From Candidatus Hadarchaeota archaeon (GTDB taxonomy: Archaea; Hadarchaeota; Hadarchaeia; Hadarchaeales; Hadarchaeaceae): DNA of 32,000 nt. The position numbers and the translations under genes are program-made. Shown here in pieces: positions 8,607-18,386 of this stretch (its first letter is position 1; every line of letters starts with the position of its first letter). The notes under the pieces were generated by a model that saw only the letters and a program-made list of their open reading frames with translations, was not told the origin of the DNA and searched no databases. The stretch lies in contig CAZETV010000001.1 of NCBI GenBank assembly GCA_964514965.1, forward strand, positions 998,739 through 1,030,738. Reading direction: 5' to 3'.

Positions 8607-10304
8607 GTGGCAAGGAAAAGAAAGACAACACGCGCTGATAAAAACACGGGGCCTCGGACGAAAACTCCAAGTGGAGAATTTGAGGTTTTGGCTGGCGAGG
8701 GTGAGGGACTCTTATCTGAAATTCTAACAGGCGCACCGCCAAATGAAAGCAAATCAACCGCAAAGCCTGCAGGGGGACTTGCTTCATCCGCAAAAGTTGT
8801 TATAGAACAGGTATCCAAAGTTGGGAAAGTGGTTGATAGCTACGGTAAGACTGAAATAGTTTCTGTCGAGGGCCAGGCTCTGCCGATTTACAAGTCGAAA
8901 TTGCCCGACCTGACGAAACAGGAATTAAAGCTACTCGAGATTGCAAAAGAGAAGGCGATAGAGGAAGTCAGTGTCAATCTGGAAAAGATTTCTGACCCGG
9001 CAGAACGTCGGAACACCCTCATGCGCGAGGTCCTAAAAATACTCGAACGCGAGAGCAAGGGGACGTACATCTCGTCTGGAAGATTAACTCACTTAGGCGA
9101 AGCCGCCGTGCGGGACATGATCGGTTATGGGCAGCTTGATTCTATAATCGCTGATGACCAACTTGAAGACATTTTGGTGACGGCGGTGGGCAAGCCCGTT
9201 TACGTCTATCATCGAAAGTACGGAATGTGCGCTACGAACGTTGTTTTTGAGAGCGATGAAGCGATTAAATATCTCATAGAAAAAATGGCGCGCGTCGTGG
9301 GCAGACGGATAGACCAGCAGACGCCCTTGCTTGACGCACGATTACCCGATGGAAGCAGGGTGAACGCGACTATACCGCCGATTTCTCTTGATGGATCAAC
9401 GATCTCAATAAGAAAGTTCCGCAAGGACCCGCTCACGGTGGTCGACATCCTAAACTTGGGCACCCTCTCAACAGATGCCGCGGCGTTCCTCTGGCTGGTC
9501 GTGGATGGTTTTGGCATCAAGCCCGCAAACATCCTATTCGCGGGGGGGACGGGCTGCGGAAAGACGACCATGCTCAACGCCGCCATAACTTTCGTCCCAG
9601 AGCGGGAGCGCATCATCTCGATTGAGGACACCGCCGAGCTTCAACTTTCTCATAAACACTGGATTAGACTTGAGACGCGCCCACCAAACGTCGAAGGACG
9701 CGGAGAGGTTACGATGAATGATTTGGTTAAAAATGCACTACGAATGAGGCCGGACCGGATGATCGTGGGGGAGGTTCGAGGTCCAGAAGCACAGACGATG
9801 TTCACCGCGATGAATACCGGCCATGATGGTTGCTGTGGCACGCTGCACTCAAACAGTGCGGTTGAGACAATTTCGCGCCTGACTGAGCCTCCGATGGCTG
9901 TGGCCCCCATAATGATTCCAGCTCTCGATATCATCGTGATGCAACAACGCATCTACCACCGCCAGAAGGGACAGATTCGAAGGGTCACCGAGGTCTCCGA
10001 GGTTACTGGTCTAGAGAGTGGAAAACCTCAGCTCAGCCGCATCTTCAAGTGGGACCCCCGCACGGATGTGGTCGAGCCGACCAGCGTACCAAGCAAGATT
10101 AAGCGCACGATAGCAGAGTTTAGCGGGATGAGCGGGAACGATATCGAGATCGAACTTGGGAAGCGTGCGGCAGTACTGGAATGGATGAAACATCAAGGTA
10201 TACGAAATATTTTCGAGGTGAGTAATATTATCCAAGAGTACTACCAAAACCCGGAGGAAATATTAAATCGCGTAAGGAACGAGAAGAACACTAAGCGTCA
10301 TTAG
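8607..10304 (+). CDS. Type II/IV secretion system ATPase (TadA/VirB11/PilB-FlaI-like)
   Basis: Walker A ILFAGGTGCGKTTMLNA, ISIEDTAELQL, MRPDRMIVGEVRGPEA, TGHDGCCGTLHSNS. Confidence 0.93.
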   Translation: MARKRKTTRADKNTGPRTKTPSGEFEVLAGEGEGLLSEILTGAPPNESKSTAKPAGGLASSAKVVIEQVSKVGKVVDSYGKTEIVSVEGQALPIYKSKLPDLTKQELKLLEIAKEKAIEEVSVNLEKISDPAERRNTLMREVLKILERESKGTYISSGRLTHLGEAAVRDMIGYGQLDSIIADDQLEDILVTAVGKPVYVYHRKYGMCATNVVFESDEAIKYLIEKMARVVGRRIDQQTPLLDARLPDGSRVNATIPPISLDGSTISIRKFRKDPLTVVDILNLGTLSTDAAAFLWLVVDGFGIKPANILFAGGTGCGKTTMLNAAITFVPERERIISIEDTAELQLSHKHWIRLETRPPNVEGRGEVTMNDLVKNALRMRPDRMIVGEVRGPEAQTMFTAMNTGHDGCCGTLHSNSAVETISRLTEPPMAVAPIMIPALDIIVMQQRIYHRQKGQIRRVTEVSEVTGLESGKPQLSRIFKWDPRTDVVEPTSVPSKIKRTIAEFSGMSGNDIEIELGKRAAVLEWMKHQGIRNIFEVSNIIQEYYQNPEEILNRVRNEKNTKRH

Positions 10305-10311
10305 TGATTCC

Positions 10312-11421
10312 ATGCCGAAAAAAAAAGCTAAAAAGCCGAGTTCGTTGAAGAGATTTTTTTCTGCAGTTGGCGGCGGTGTGATAAAAACAGGCACTACAGC
10401 ACAGCGCGTGGGTCAGGCAGTCAATATTACAAAGAGGCCTGAAGCTCCAGAAAAGGCTGATGGGGAAGTTGCCCGAAGGCTGCGTGAACTGAAACGGCTC
10501 GAAAGTTTGCGTGAGGAAGAAATTGCCGCAGAGCGTAAGCTGAGAGAAGATAAAAAGTGGGAGGTACGCGCGGAGCTGAAGAGGTCGTTATCCGAGCGCC
10601 TCTCTGAGATTTTTTATTCCCCGCTCAAGCGCCCGGCTCAGCGAATGGCTACGTTTTTTAAGGGGTTAGATGATGACCTCTACAAGGCTAACATCAGAGT
10701 TGCCCCCACGCATTATGTGGCACTAATGATCGGGATGAGCCTCATCATGAGTGTCTTTGCATTAGTTCTTATGCTCCTGTTTTTACCCGTCCTCTTTGCA
10801 GTGGTTGGTGGAGTGTTCGCTTTCGTGCTAGTACTGGTTTTTAGTAGAACCCAGCCAAAGCGTAAGGCTAAGGCGCGAGTAGTCGGGATAAATCGCGTAA
10901 TCCCGTACGCTATGCGGCACATGGCAACGCAGCTTTCATCTGGAATAGGCCTCCCAGAAACTATTACTTCGGTCAGCAAGGCTGATTATGGCGCTCTCTC
11001 GGAGGAGTTTGACAGAGTCATACGTGACATGCATACAGGGATGAGCACGGAAGAAGCACTAACGAGTATGACCCAGCGGGTGGACTCCGAGCCACTCCGT
11101 CGAGCAGTCCGCCAAGTTCAGCGCACTTTACGGACGGGTGGCGACTTGGCTGGCATCCTCCACACTTTGGCCGACGAAACAGCTTTCGAGATGCGCATGA
11201 AATTACGAGACTATACTCAATCACTCAACATGCTCACGATGGTCTACATGTTTGCCTCCGCGGTCATCCCAGCCATGCTTATGGTCATGATAGCGGTGGG
11301 TAGTCGAATGGGCGGAATGATGTTTACTTCAGCGAGTGCGGCAGTCCTCTTTTTGATTCTCATCCCATTCATGTTATTATACTTCGTCATGATGATCAAA
11401 CGCTTCGAGCCGAGGTTATGA
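10312..11421 (+). CDS. Type II secretion system F / TadC-FlaJ family membrane protein
   Basis: Paired TM segments; RHMATQLSSGIGLPETITSV...LRTGGDLAGILHTLADETAFEMR. Confidence 0.85.
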   Translation: MPKKKAKKPSSLKRFFSAVGGGVIKTGTTAQRVGQAVNITKRPEAPEKADGEVARRLRELKRLESLREEEIAAERKLREDKKWEVRAELKRSLSERLSEIFYSPLKRPAQRMATFFKGLDDDLYKANIRVAPTHYVALMIGMSLIMSVFALVLMLLFLPVLFAVVGGVFAFVLVLVFSRTQPKRKAKARVVGINRVIPYAMRHMATQLSSGIGLPETITSVSKADYGALSEEFDRVIRDMHTGMSTEEALTSMTQRVDSEPLRRAVRQVQRTLRTGGDLAGILHTLADETAFEMRMKLRDYTQSLNMLTMVYMFASAVIPAMLMVMIAVGSRMGGMMFTSASAAVLFLILIPFMLLYFVMMIKRFEPRL

Positions 11422-12359
11422 CGATGAGTGTGCTTAAAAAAATGGCGGCGTTTGCGAAGCGCGTGTTTCCAGAGAAATTCCTGCAGAGCCTCAACCGCAG
11501 GTTGGAGTCAACGAAAATCGCACTCGCTGCTGAGGAATACGTGGGAGTGGCCCTCCTAGCGACGATACTCGTGGGTGTGACAGCGGGTTTCATGGGCATT
11601 CTCCTGAATTTCCCACTCCCAGCGCCTCTGCTCGCAATCATTGTAGCCGTTGCCACCTTTCCAGCGCTGACGATTGGGGTGCCCTATTATCTGGCCCAAC
11701 GTAGGGCTGCTGAGCTGGAAAGTGTGTTACCAGATGCCCTCCGCCAGATGGCGAGCACTCTGCGGGCTGGTGTGGGGATAGACGCCGCGATGGATGATAT
11801 AGTAAAATCAAAGTACGGCACGCTTTCAGATGAATTCGATCGGGTGGTGACGGAGATTCGTAGGGGGAGAACCCTCGACAACGCTCTCTTGGCTCTAGCG
11901 CGGAGGTCGAATTCGCCCCTCTATGAGCGGGCCTTTCACCTGATTGTTGAAGGTATCGAACGCGGCGGAGCTCTCGCCAACGTGCTCGACGCAGTTTCCA
12001 CTGACATCAAGGAGACGCATGCGATCCAGCGTGAGAGGAGGGCAGCCACAATGCAGCAAGTATTATTCCTGCTCGCCGTGGCTCTCTTTGCAGTTCCATT
12101 CATAGTTGGCCTCACGGTTGCGGTGACCGGAATTCAGGTAGGCAGAGGGCCAGTGACAGGTTCAGGCCTGCCAGCGGAGATGAGCACGATCGCCATGATG
12201 TACATAGTGATACAAGCGCTCATCTGTTCGCTCGCGGTCGGAGTGATTCGTTACGGCAAGATGTTAAAAGGCCTAACTTTCGCCGTGCCGTTTGTGATGG
12301 TCTCGGCAGTCGTCTTCTATGTTGCCCAGAATATAATCGGGGGCATTGCGTCAGTTTAG
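11418..12359 (+). CDS. Type II secretion system F / TadC-FlaJ family membrane protein (second copy)
   Basis: LPDALRQMASTLRAGVGIDAAMDDI...ERGGALANVLDAVSTDIKETHAIQRERRAATMQQ; 4-bp overlap with previous gene. Confidence 0.85.
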   Translation: MTMSVLKKMAAFAKRVFPEKFLQSLNRRLESTKIALAAEEYVGVALLATILVGVTAGFMGILLNFPLPAPLLAIIVAVATFPALTIGVPYYLAQRRAAELESVLPDALRQMASTLRAGVGIDAAMDDIVKSKYGTLSDEFDRVVTEIRRGRTLDNALLALARRSNSPLYERAFHLIVEGIERGGALANVLDAVSTDIKETHAIQRERRAATMQQVLFLLAVALFAVPFIVGLTVAVTGIQVGRGPVTGSGLPAEMSTIAMMYIVIQALICSLAVGVIRYGKMLKGLTFAVPFVMVSAVVFYVAQNIIGGIASV

Positions 12360-12919
12360 CGTTCCATGCCAAGTTCTTGTAAATCGTTATATATCGTATC
12401 ACGCGAAACTCCGAATCTCTTGGCCACTTGCACAAGGTTTATCGCTTTTGCGTCGTTGCCGAGCAATCGCAGTAGCACCGTTAAACGTTCTCGACGTTCC
12501 CACAAACTGAGCTTACTAATTTTTCTGGGGACATCCTCATTCACAGCAACGATGAGCGTGGCATAGGTACGCTTTGTTAGAGGGGGAGTAATGAATTTCA
12601 GGTAAAACCCGATGATCTCCCCGCGTAGTTTCGACAAGCGTGCATTTATTTTATCTTGGGCGCGTTGAAGGGCAACCGCCTCACTACCGCCGACTTCGTT
12701 CACCCAGAGGATGCATTTTGGTCTGACATCACTTTCGTCTATCACCAAAGCTATGCGCGCAATTCCGCCAGTCAAACCTGAGCTGACGTTCACATCCATC
12801 CGAGTTATACATCCTTGCATTTTTGCAAGCTTCTCGTTAATTTCATTTGCAGTTCGTTTGAGCGCCTTTCGCACATTTGTAGCTCGCCGCACGCAGCTCA
12901 GAACTTGCAAGTTTATCAA
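12356..12919 (-). CDS. HTH-domain protein, possible pilus-locus regulator
   Basis: C-terminal helix-turn-helix INLVQVAKRFGVSRDTIYNDLQELGM; lies between the TadC genes and the divergent pilin genes. Confidence 0.6.
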   Translation of the reverse strand: MINLQVLSCVRRATNVRKALKRTANEINEKLAKMQGCITRMDVNVSSGLTGGIARIALVIDESDVRPKCILWVNEVGGSEAVALQRAQDKINARLSKLRGEIIGFYLKFITPPLTKRTYATLIVAVNEDVPRKISKLSLWERRERLTVLLRLLGNDAKAINLVQVAKRFGVSRDTIYNDLQELGMER

Positions 12920-13032
12920 AATAGGTTGTATGGTGGATGTTTTTAAGGGTTTGTCTACAAAAATGTCGACTTTTTCTCAGAAATGTGGAGGTATCTTTAT
13001 AACCCCAAATTTAAGAAAATTCCTGTAAAGAG

Positions 13033-13413
13033 GTGAAAAAAATGAGATTGTCTAAAAAGGGTCAAGGCGCTACAGAGTACCTATTGATGTTGGCTGCAGT
13101 ATTAGTAATAGTAGCCATAGCGGTGTACTACGTGACAAGCACTGGTGGTTATCCAGCAGTTGCTGCAACAGCAGTAAAGTCTGGTGACAACACGATTAGA
13201 ATTGACGTTACAACTGGAACAATCCCGGCTGGAGACTGGCAATATATAGTGAGCACGACTCCAGGAAGCAATAACTGGCAGGACAAAGGCGTAGAACTGA
13301 AAGCACCATACGTTAGCTTGGAGAATTGCTCCCCAAACACCTACTACGTGAGCCTGAAGCACACGCCGAGCGGTCACATCTACTTCTCGGACCAAACGAT
13401 AACGATATCTTAA
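13033..13413 (+). CDS. Class III signal peptide pilin
   Basis: MRLSKKGQGATEYLLMLAAVLVIVAIAVYYV; small secreted beta-rich-looking tail. Confidence 0.88.
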   Translation: MKKMRLSKKGQGATEYLLMLAAVLVIVAIAVYYVTSTGGYPAVAATAVKSGDNTIRIDVTTGTIPAGDWQYIVSTTPGSNNWQDKGVELKAPYVSLENCSPNTYYVSLKHTPSGHIYFSDQTITIS

Positions 13414-13462
13414 GCGCATTGGCCTGTTTGAAAGAAACGCCCACAGTTGGGTAGGGGATAGG

Positions 13463-13837
13463 ATGAGTGGGAGTAGAAAAGAGTGCGGACAAAGCGCGAC
13501 CGAGTATATGTTAATCCTAGCGGCGGTGCTTGTCGCAGTTGCGGTGGCGGTCTACTACGTGGCAAAGGGCCCGTCTTTCCCACTATTGTCTGCTACCGTC
13601 ACGAATGTGGACAACGAAATCAGGGTCAGCATAGACACGGGATCCATACCGGCAGGCGATTGGCAGTATTCCGTGAGCGCGATTTATGGAACATACGACT
13701 GGAAAAGTGAGGACGTAGAACTGAAAGCTCCGTACTTTAGCCTTGGGACTTACGACCCAGACATCTACTACGTGAGCCTTAAGCACCAACCAAGTGGCCA
13801 CATCTACTTCTCGGACCAAACGATAACGATAACGTAG
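13463..13837 (+). CDS. Class III signal peptide pilin (tandem paralogue of the preceding gene)
   Basis: KECGQSATEYMLILAAVLVAVAVAVYYVAKG; shared IPAGDWQY, VELKAPY, PSGHIYFSDQTITI. Confidence 0.88.
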   Translation: MSGSRKECGQSATEYMLILAAVLVAVAVAVYYVAKGPSFPLLSATVTNVDNEIRVSIDTGSIPAGDWQYSVSAIYGTYDWKSEDVELKAPYFSLGTYDPDIYYVSLKHQPSGHIYFSDQTITIT

Positions 13838-13866
13838 ATTTTTATCCTATCCTCCCCTATTCTTTT

Positions 13867-14076
13867 TTGTTGGGGCTCATGGTCACGAGGATGAGTGAGC
13901 GCTCTCAAGGAGCAACCGAGTACTTGCTGATGCTAGGTGTCGTGCTGGTACTCGTGGCGGGTATAGTTGCGTCTATTTTCCTAGCCTCTCAGACCTTGGG
14001 TTCAAACGTTAGTGGCCAAATCAATGACGTTATAGATAACTTGATAATTCCAAGTCTCGTTGGAACAATTTTCTGA
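13867..14076 (+). CDS. Small class III signal peptide protein / pilin-like
   Basis: SERSQGATEYLLMLGVVLVLVAGIVASIFLASQTLGSN; probable start at an internal ATG (MSERSQ). Confidence 0.75.
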   Translation: MLGLMVTRMSERSQGATEYLLMLGVVLVLVAGIVASIFLASQTLGSNVSGQINDVIDNLIIPSLVGTIF

Positions 14077-14113
14077 AAACTTAATAGCCAAGTGAATCGG
14101 TCAATCATATGAT

Positions 14114-14887
14114 TTACTCGGACTTACCCAAAATCGCTCTAACCTTTGCTCCCCGGAGCCCCAGCGTCGGCCGCTCCACGCTGATTTTTACCGAGTCCCC
14201 TTTCTTGATTTTGGCGAAGCTCTCCACAGCGTACAGGCCCGACTTCACGTTGCTGCAGATGTCGTAGCTTATTCTGACCACCGCCCGTTTGCCCCGAATC
14301 TCTTCAACCGTGCCGTAGGTGAAGTTTCGCCCGTACTTGAGCCTGAACGCCACAAACGCCACTAAAACGAACCCCATTGCCATCAGAGGAGGAATAAGCG
14401 CAAGGTAGAGCGCCTCGATTGAGAACTCGACAGGGAAGTATCGGAATGCCAGCACAAAGACCCAAGCGATGGTCACACACATTATCACGAAGCTCCGGTA
14501 GGCGGAATAGTCTCGTTTGAACGCGTGCTTGAGTTGAGTTGCCGTCAAGTAGAGTAGATAAGCGCTCAGCGCGAGAAGCAAGAAAGTGAAGATAAAAATT
14601 TCTGCGGGGAACAACGCGATGTAGATTACTGCAGCCCCGAAGAGTGAGAGGATCGCCAGCTGCGCTTTGAGCATCACGTACTCGGGCCATCCCGTGTGGC
14701 GCCGCTCAAAGAAGCTCTGAAACATTTTTGGGATTTCGGGCTTTCGTATCTGCGGGGCCCTTTTCTTTACATTTGGAGCCCTGCGTTTCAGCCTGCTGGG
14801 GAGCTTTCCGACTTCTAGAACCGCGTCACCGACTCTGCGGAAGAAACCGGTTGTTCTGGAACTTTTGTGCGGCATTTTATTCACCAA
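14114..14887 (-). CDS. Membrane protein (possibly DUF2101-like), 4 or more TM with a soluble C-terminal domain
   Basis: Hydrophobic segments in the central region followed by YGTVEEIRGKRAVVRISYD...GDSVKISVERPTLGLRG. Confidence 0.5.
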   Translation of the reverse strand: MVNKMPHKSSRTTGFFRRVGDAVLEVGKLPSRLKRRAPNVKKRAPQIRKPEIPKMFQSFFERRHTGWPEYVMLKAQLAILSLFGAAVIYIALFPAEIFIFTFLLLALSAYLLYLTATQLKHAFKRDYSAYRSFVIMCVTIAWVFVLAFRYFPVEFSIEALYLALIPPLMAMGFVLVAFVAFRLKYGRNFTYGTVEEIRGKRAVVRISYDICSNVKSGLYAVESFAKIKKGDSVKISVERPTLGLRGAKVRAILGKSE

Positions 14888-14891
14888 ATAT

Positions 14892-15605
14892 CTACCCTAA
14901 ATCCACCGTCGATGAGTACTGCAGGGCGCCTCTCGGATCTCTAACGTTAATAAACACTTTAAGTTGTGTCACGCCTTTTACCTCGGTGTTCTCCCCAACA
15001 TGAGTATTCTCAGGAGCACCGACTCTATCCCAAAGTAGTTGGTCTGAATAATAAACATCCGGGTAATAGATGCCGTCGTACTCCTCGATAGTTATTCGGA
15101 GATTTTCACCGATTTTTTCGACAAACAAGACGGGTTCATCATAATCTGGTTCTCCGATGCCCCAAGAAGCTTCATTTGACTCCTCGAAGTAGTAGAACCA
15201 GTTCTCTCCGGGAGCATTCTCAACAATATTACAGTATTGTGTCCCAGCAAGATGATTTTCTCCTATGTTTATGACACGAATCCACAACATCCAACTGGGC
15301 TTGATATCCACGAGCAACCCTGTGGCAGCACGGTAGTTGTCCGCGAGCTCACTAAGCGTGATGTCGGCGTTGTCTATCAGCAGACTCTCATTCCACAAAT
15401 CCTTTACCACGCGCTCGATATCATTGCCAGTATAGAACACCTTATCAGCGGAGGCCTGTAACGTAGTGGCTTCTCCGCCCATCTCGATGATTGTAAAACA
15501 AGAGGCTACGAGCAGCATAGCCGGCAGTACGAGCAGCAGCGCTATCCCGCTCAGGACGAACCCCCGTTGGTCTTTACGCATTCTCATATCCCCGTCCCCC
15601 GCCAC
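14892..15605 (-). CDS. Pilin-like / membrane-anchored extracytoplasmic protein
   Basis: N-terminal KDQRGFVLSGIALLLVLPAMLLVASC anchor, secreted domain; co-operonic with other pilin-like genes. Confidence 0.6.
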   Translation of the reverse strand: MAGDGDMRMRKDQRGFVLSGIALLLVLPAMLLVASCFTIIEMGGEATTLQASADKVFYTGNDIERVVKDLWNESLLIDNADITLSELADNYRAATGLLVDIKPSWMLWIRVINIGENHLAGTQYCNIVENAPGENWFYYFEESNEASWGIGEPDYDEPVLFVEKIGENLRITIEEYDGIYYPDVYYSDQLLWDRVGAPENTHVGENTEVKGVTQLKVFINVRDPRGALQYSSTVDLG

Positions 15606-16066
15606 ACGTAAAGAGTAATAGGGTCAAACACGTTTTCAGGCGGAAATAGTAAAACACGAGTTGCAACGGCGATATCCTCGGCATTTATAAAATTGCTATA
15701 CCATTCGGCGTGATTTCCAACGCTTGGATAAACATTATCCAGTCTAGGATTATTTTCGTCCCCAATTAGAAATCTAAACTGTATTTCATCGGGCAAGATT
15801 TTTCGTAGCTCGTTTTCGGCAAGTTCCGCGGCCCAAGAGTTTTCTCCTTCAGCGAGCAAGTTTATGATGTTGTCCAGCGTGCCAGAAAGCTGCATCGTCT
15901 CGAGCGCATCGTTGGCATAACGTTCCAAGCGCAGGTATCCGTGCTGCTCGTATATGATCCCAGGGCTGCTCACGTGAGCTACCCCTGCCATCACAATCAT
16001 CACAACCAGCATCGCCAGTGTCGCGTCGAGGCTGAAGATGAACCCGCGTTGGTCCTTGGCGTTCAT
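15584..16066 (-). CDS. Pilin-like protein
   Basis: MNAKDQRGFIFSLDATLAMLVVMIVMAGVAHV N-terminus. Confidence 0.65.
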   Translation of the reverse strand: MNAKDQRGFIFSLDATLAMLVVMIVMAGVAHVSSPGIIYEQHGYLRLERYANDALETMQLSGTLDNIINLLAEGENSWAAELAENELRKILPDEIQFRFLIGDENNPRLDNVYPSVGNHAEWYSNFINAEDIAVATRVLLFPPENVFDPITLYVWRGTGI

Positions 16067-16070
16067 GTGT

Positions 16071-17114
16071 CTACCTCCACATTTTCACCTCAAGAGTCGC
16101 TGGCAACGGTTGTAAGAACATGGTGGCATCGCTCCAGTCTGAGCAGGATGGAAGTGTGACAATGCAAACTTTAACAACCCAATCTGGTCCAGAAGTGAAT
16201 TTGAACCCCAAAAAGTTAGTACCTACAAATAGATTATCTTCAGCTTCAATTTGGCTGTCGTTTTCTATGCCGCCATGTTGAAAGTGACCTTTAGGCGGGT
16301 CTTCCGGACCTGGAGAAACTCTTTGTGGCATATCTGAGTATACAAAGTTATAATCGGAAGATCCATCTGGGTTCTCACCGACATCACCATCTCTAGCGTT
16401 GTCGTTTACCCATATCTGAAGATTGGGCTTGGCGCCAGTTCCTTCTTTCAACCCAACGACGACGATGTAAAAGTCGAATGCATCGAGTTCTCCCGGATAA
16501 ATCTCAAATACCAGTTCATTTTCCGTTGCTCCTCCTCCCGCTTTAAATATTGGCCCTGAATCTGCCCGAATCGCCGACCCGTACCTGACTGAAATCAAAC
16601 GTCTAACGACTGCAACATCAAGGGAATTTTCCGCCCCGGAGTTTTCCCCCACTTGCTCAGCGCTCCACCTCGGAAAAGCATACCACATTTCATCATTATT
16701 TTCATCAAGTATCCTAACTTCAAACTTCTCTGATCCCCCAAAGAGTTTTTTTATTGTTTCCACAGCTCCAGCGTTTATCGGGGCATCCCAGTTGTCTTTG
16801 TTGATCAAGCGCCTGAACTGTCCAAATTTCTTAATATCAATGGTATTCGGAATCGGCTCCCCTGCGTTCTCCTCTGCAAATCCCAAAATGCTTAGCGTGA
16901 TAGAATTTTCCCACCAGTTATATGACGCGCCAGCAGTCTTCAAAAGAACGTCTGCAGCATCATTTGCCGTGCGCTCGAGCGAGTACCGGAGCGAGTATTC
17001 CTCGGCCTGCTTGCGCGCCTGCTCAAGCGCCAGCCCGGAGTAGCTCACCACTAGCACAGTCAGGGCCAGCGCGAAAAACATGTCGAGAGTGAAAATTTGT
17101 CCTCGCTCTTTCAT
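16071..17114 (-). CDS. Pilin-like protein with large extracytoplasmic domain
   Basis: MKERGQIFTLDMFFALALTVLVVSYSGLALEQARKQ N-terminus; long polar C-terminus. Confidence 0.65.
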   Translation of the reverse strand: MKERGQIFTLDMFFALALTVLVVSYSGLALEQARKQAEEYSLRYSLERTANDAADVLLKTAGASYNWWENSITLSILGFAEENAGEPIPNTIDIKKFGQFRRLINKDNWDAPINAGAVETIKKLFGGSEKFEVRILDENNDEMWYAFPRWSAEQVGENSGAENSLDVAVVRRLISVRYGSAIRADSGPIFKAGGGATENELVFEIYPGELDAFDFYIVVVGLKEGTGAKPNLQIWVNDNARDGDVGENPDGSSDYNFVYSDMPQRVSPGPEDPPKGHFQHGGIENDSQIEAEDNLFVGTNFLGFKFTSGPDWVVKVCIVTLPSCSDWSDATMFLQPLPATLEVKMWR

Positions 17115-17545
17115 TTGATCACCCTCATTACCTCCACCGCCACATCATAGGTGTAGTGGCTGGTCTTGACAGGTTCTGCAGTTTCTGGGAGAAAACCGAC
17201 GATAGCATTGTAAATGTGTTTGAGTGCTCCCTGCCTGAGGTTGTCCGAGATGGTCTGGTTATCCGGTGGTGGCCCGCCCCTCACATTGACATGAATCATT
17301 ATGGTGCCCGCGTTGAAATCTAGTTGTTCAATACCAATTGTGCACCCATACTCGATGTCCAAGGCAGCAATCGCATTTTCCGCTCCAACACGGGCTGCCG
17401 ACATCGCAACTGCCATCTCGTTGCTTCCGGTACCCGAATATAGCAGCGATGCGACCGCCACGAGGATCGCCCCGACGAGAATTAACATCTCCGCGCTGGA
17501 TTGGCCCCTCATGTTTTCGTGACCTCCAATTTGCTGTCCACCCAA
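17111..17545 (-). CDS. Pilin-like protein
   Basis: MRGQSSAEMLILVGAILVAVASLLYSG N-terminus. Confidence 0.65.
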   Translation of the reverse strand: MGGQQIGGHENMRGQSSAEMLILVGAILVAVASLLYSGTGSNEMAVAMSAARVGAENAIAALDIEYGCTIGIEQLDFNAGTIMIHVNVRGGPPPDNQTISDNLRQGALKHIYNAIVGFLPETAEPVKTSHYTYDVAVEVMRVIK

Positions 17546-17934
17546 TGCACCAGGATTGTATTTTCCAGATTGTCATGCCCCAGCACGAAATTCTCAACGT
17601 TTTTACAGACGACCACCACGCCCACAGTCCCCCAAGCCGAATTTTCCACTAAGATTTGCCGCTGGGTGTTGTCGAAACTAATTTGGTAAAAGTAGCTTCC
17701 AATTTTCGACGGCAGGTCCACGCGGAGCTCGAAGTTCGGCCCATCCGCATACACGGTGTTTATTGCCGCAGCGAGCTTTTCACCGATGGTTCTAGCTTCC
17801 AACCTAGCGCTCATCAGCCCGGCAGCTTCATTTCGTCCCTCGTAAATGTTTAAAAATGATGCTGAAATTATCAGGAGGAGAGTAACCGCGAACATCGCGT
17901 CAATCGAGAAAAATCCTCGCTCGCGAAGCTCCAT
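17509..17934 (-). CDS. Pilin-like protein
   Basis: MELRERGFFSIDAMFAVTLLLIISASFLNIYEGR N-terminus; overlaps the next gene by 37 bp. Confidence 0.65.
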   Translation of the reverse strand: MELRERGFFSIDAMFAVTLLLIISASFLNIYEGRNEAAGLMSARLEARTIGEKLAAAINTVYADGPNFELRVDLPSKIGSYFYQISFDNTQRQILVENSAWGTVGVVVVCKNVENFVLGHDNLENTILVHWVDSKLEVTKT

Positions 17935-17936
17935 CG

Positions 17937-18386
17937 TCAGCCCCCCACCGGCTTGATGTTTATTGTGATTTTGTAGTTGTCTGGAGTAAGACTATTGTTG
18001 TCACTCGACCACTCTACAATTGCCGTGTAGGTTCCGGCCGAGAGGTTTTGTAGGGAACCGTTAAACCCGTACTTTAGATTACTTTGGACATTTTGCGTTC
18101 CGTTTGATGTCTTTAGACTAATCGTGAGTTTATTCTCTGTGAGCTGCAAGTCCCAGTTGCTGTCCATTGGAAAACTTACGCTTTTTACTGCCCCTTTTTC
18201 ATTGCTGTACACGGAGTTTATCGCACCCGAGATGGCATCGGCGGCGAATCTAGCTTGGGAAAGATGCAAAGTGTCTCTTCCAGCCTCCTGTGTAGGGGTT
18301 ATCATTTGCCCGAACGTGACCGTGGCGAATATTACCAACACAGCCGAAAAAATGAGCAAGTATTCGACGGCTGCTTGCCCTCGCAT
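17937..18386 (-). CDS. Pilin-like protein
   Basis: MRGQAAVEYLLIFSAVLVIFATVTFGQMI N-terminus (class III-like). Confidence 0.75.
   Translation of the reverse strand: MRGQAAVEYLLIFSAVLVIFATVTFGQMITPTQEAGRDTLHLSQARFAADAISGAINSVYSNEKGAVKSVSFPMDSNWDLQLTENKLTISLKTSNGTQNVQSNLKYGFNGSLQNLSAGTYTAIVEWSSDNNSLTPDNYKITINIKPVGG

Noticed and set aside
8209-8818. Minus-strand ORFs (93 aa and 180 aa) and 8271-8462 plus-strand ORF
   Set aside because: Low-complexity, overlapping one another and the ATPase start; no domain pattern. The region is better explained as structured non-coding sequence.
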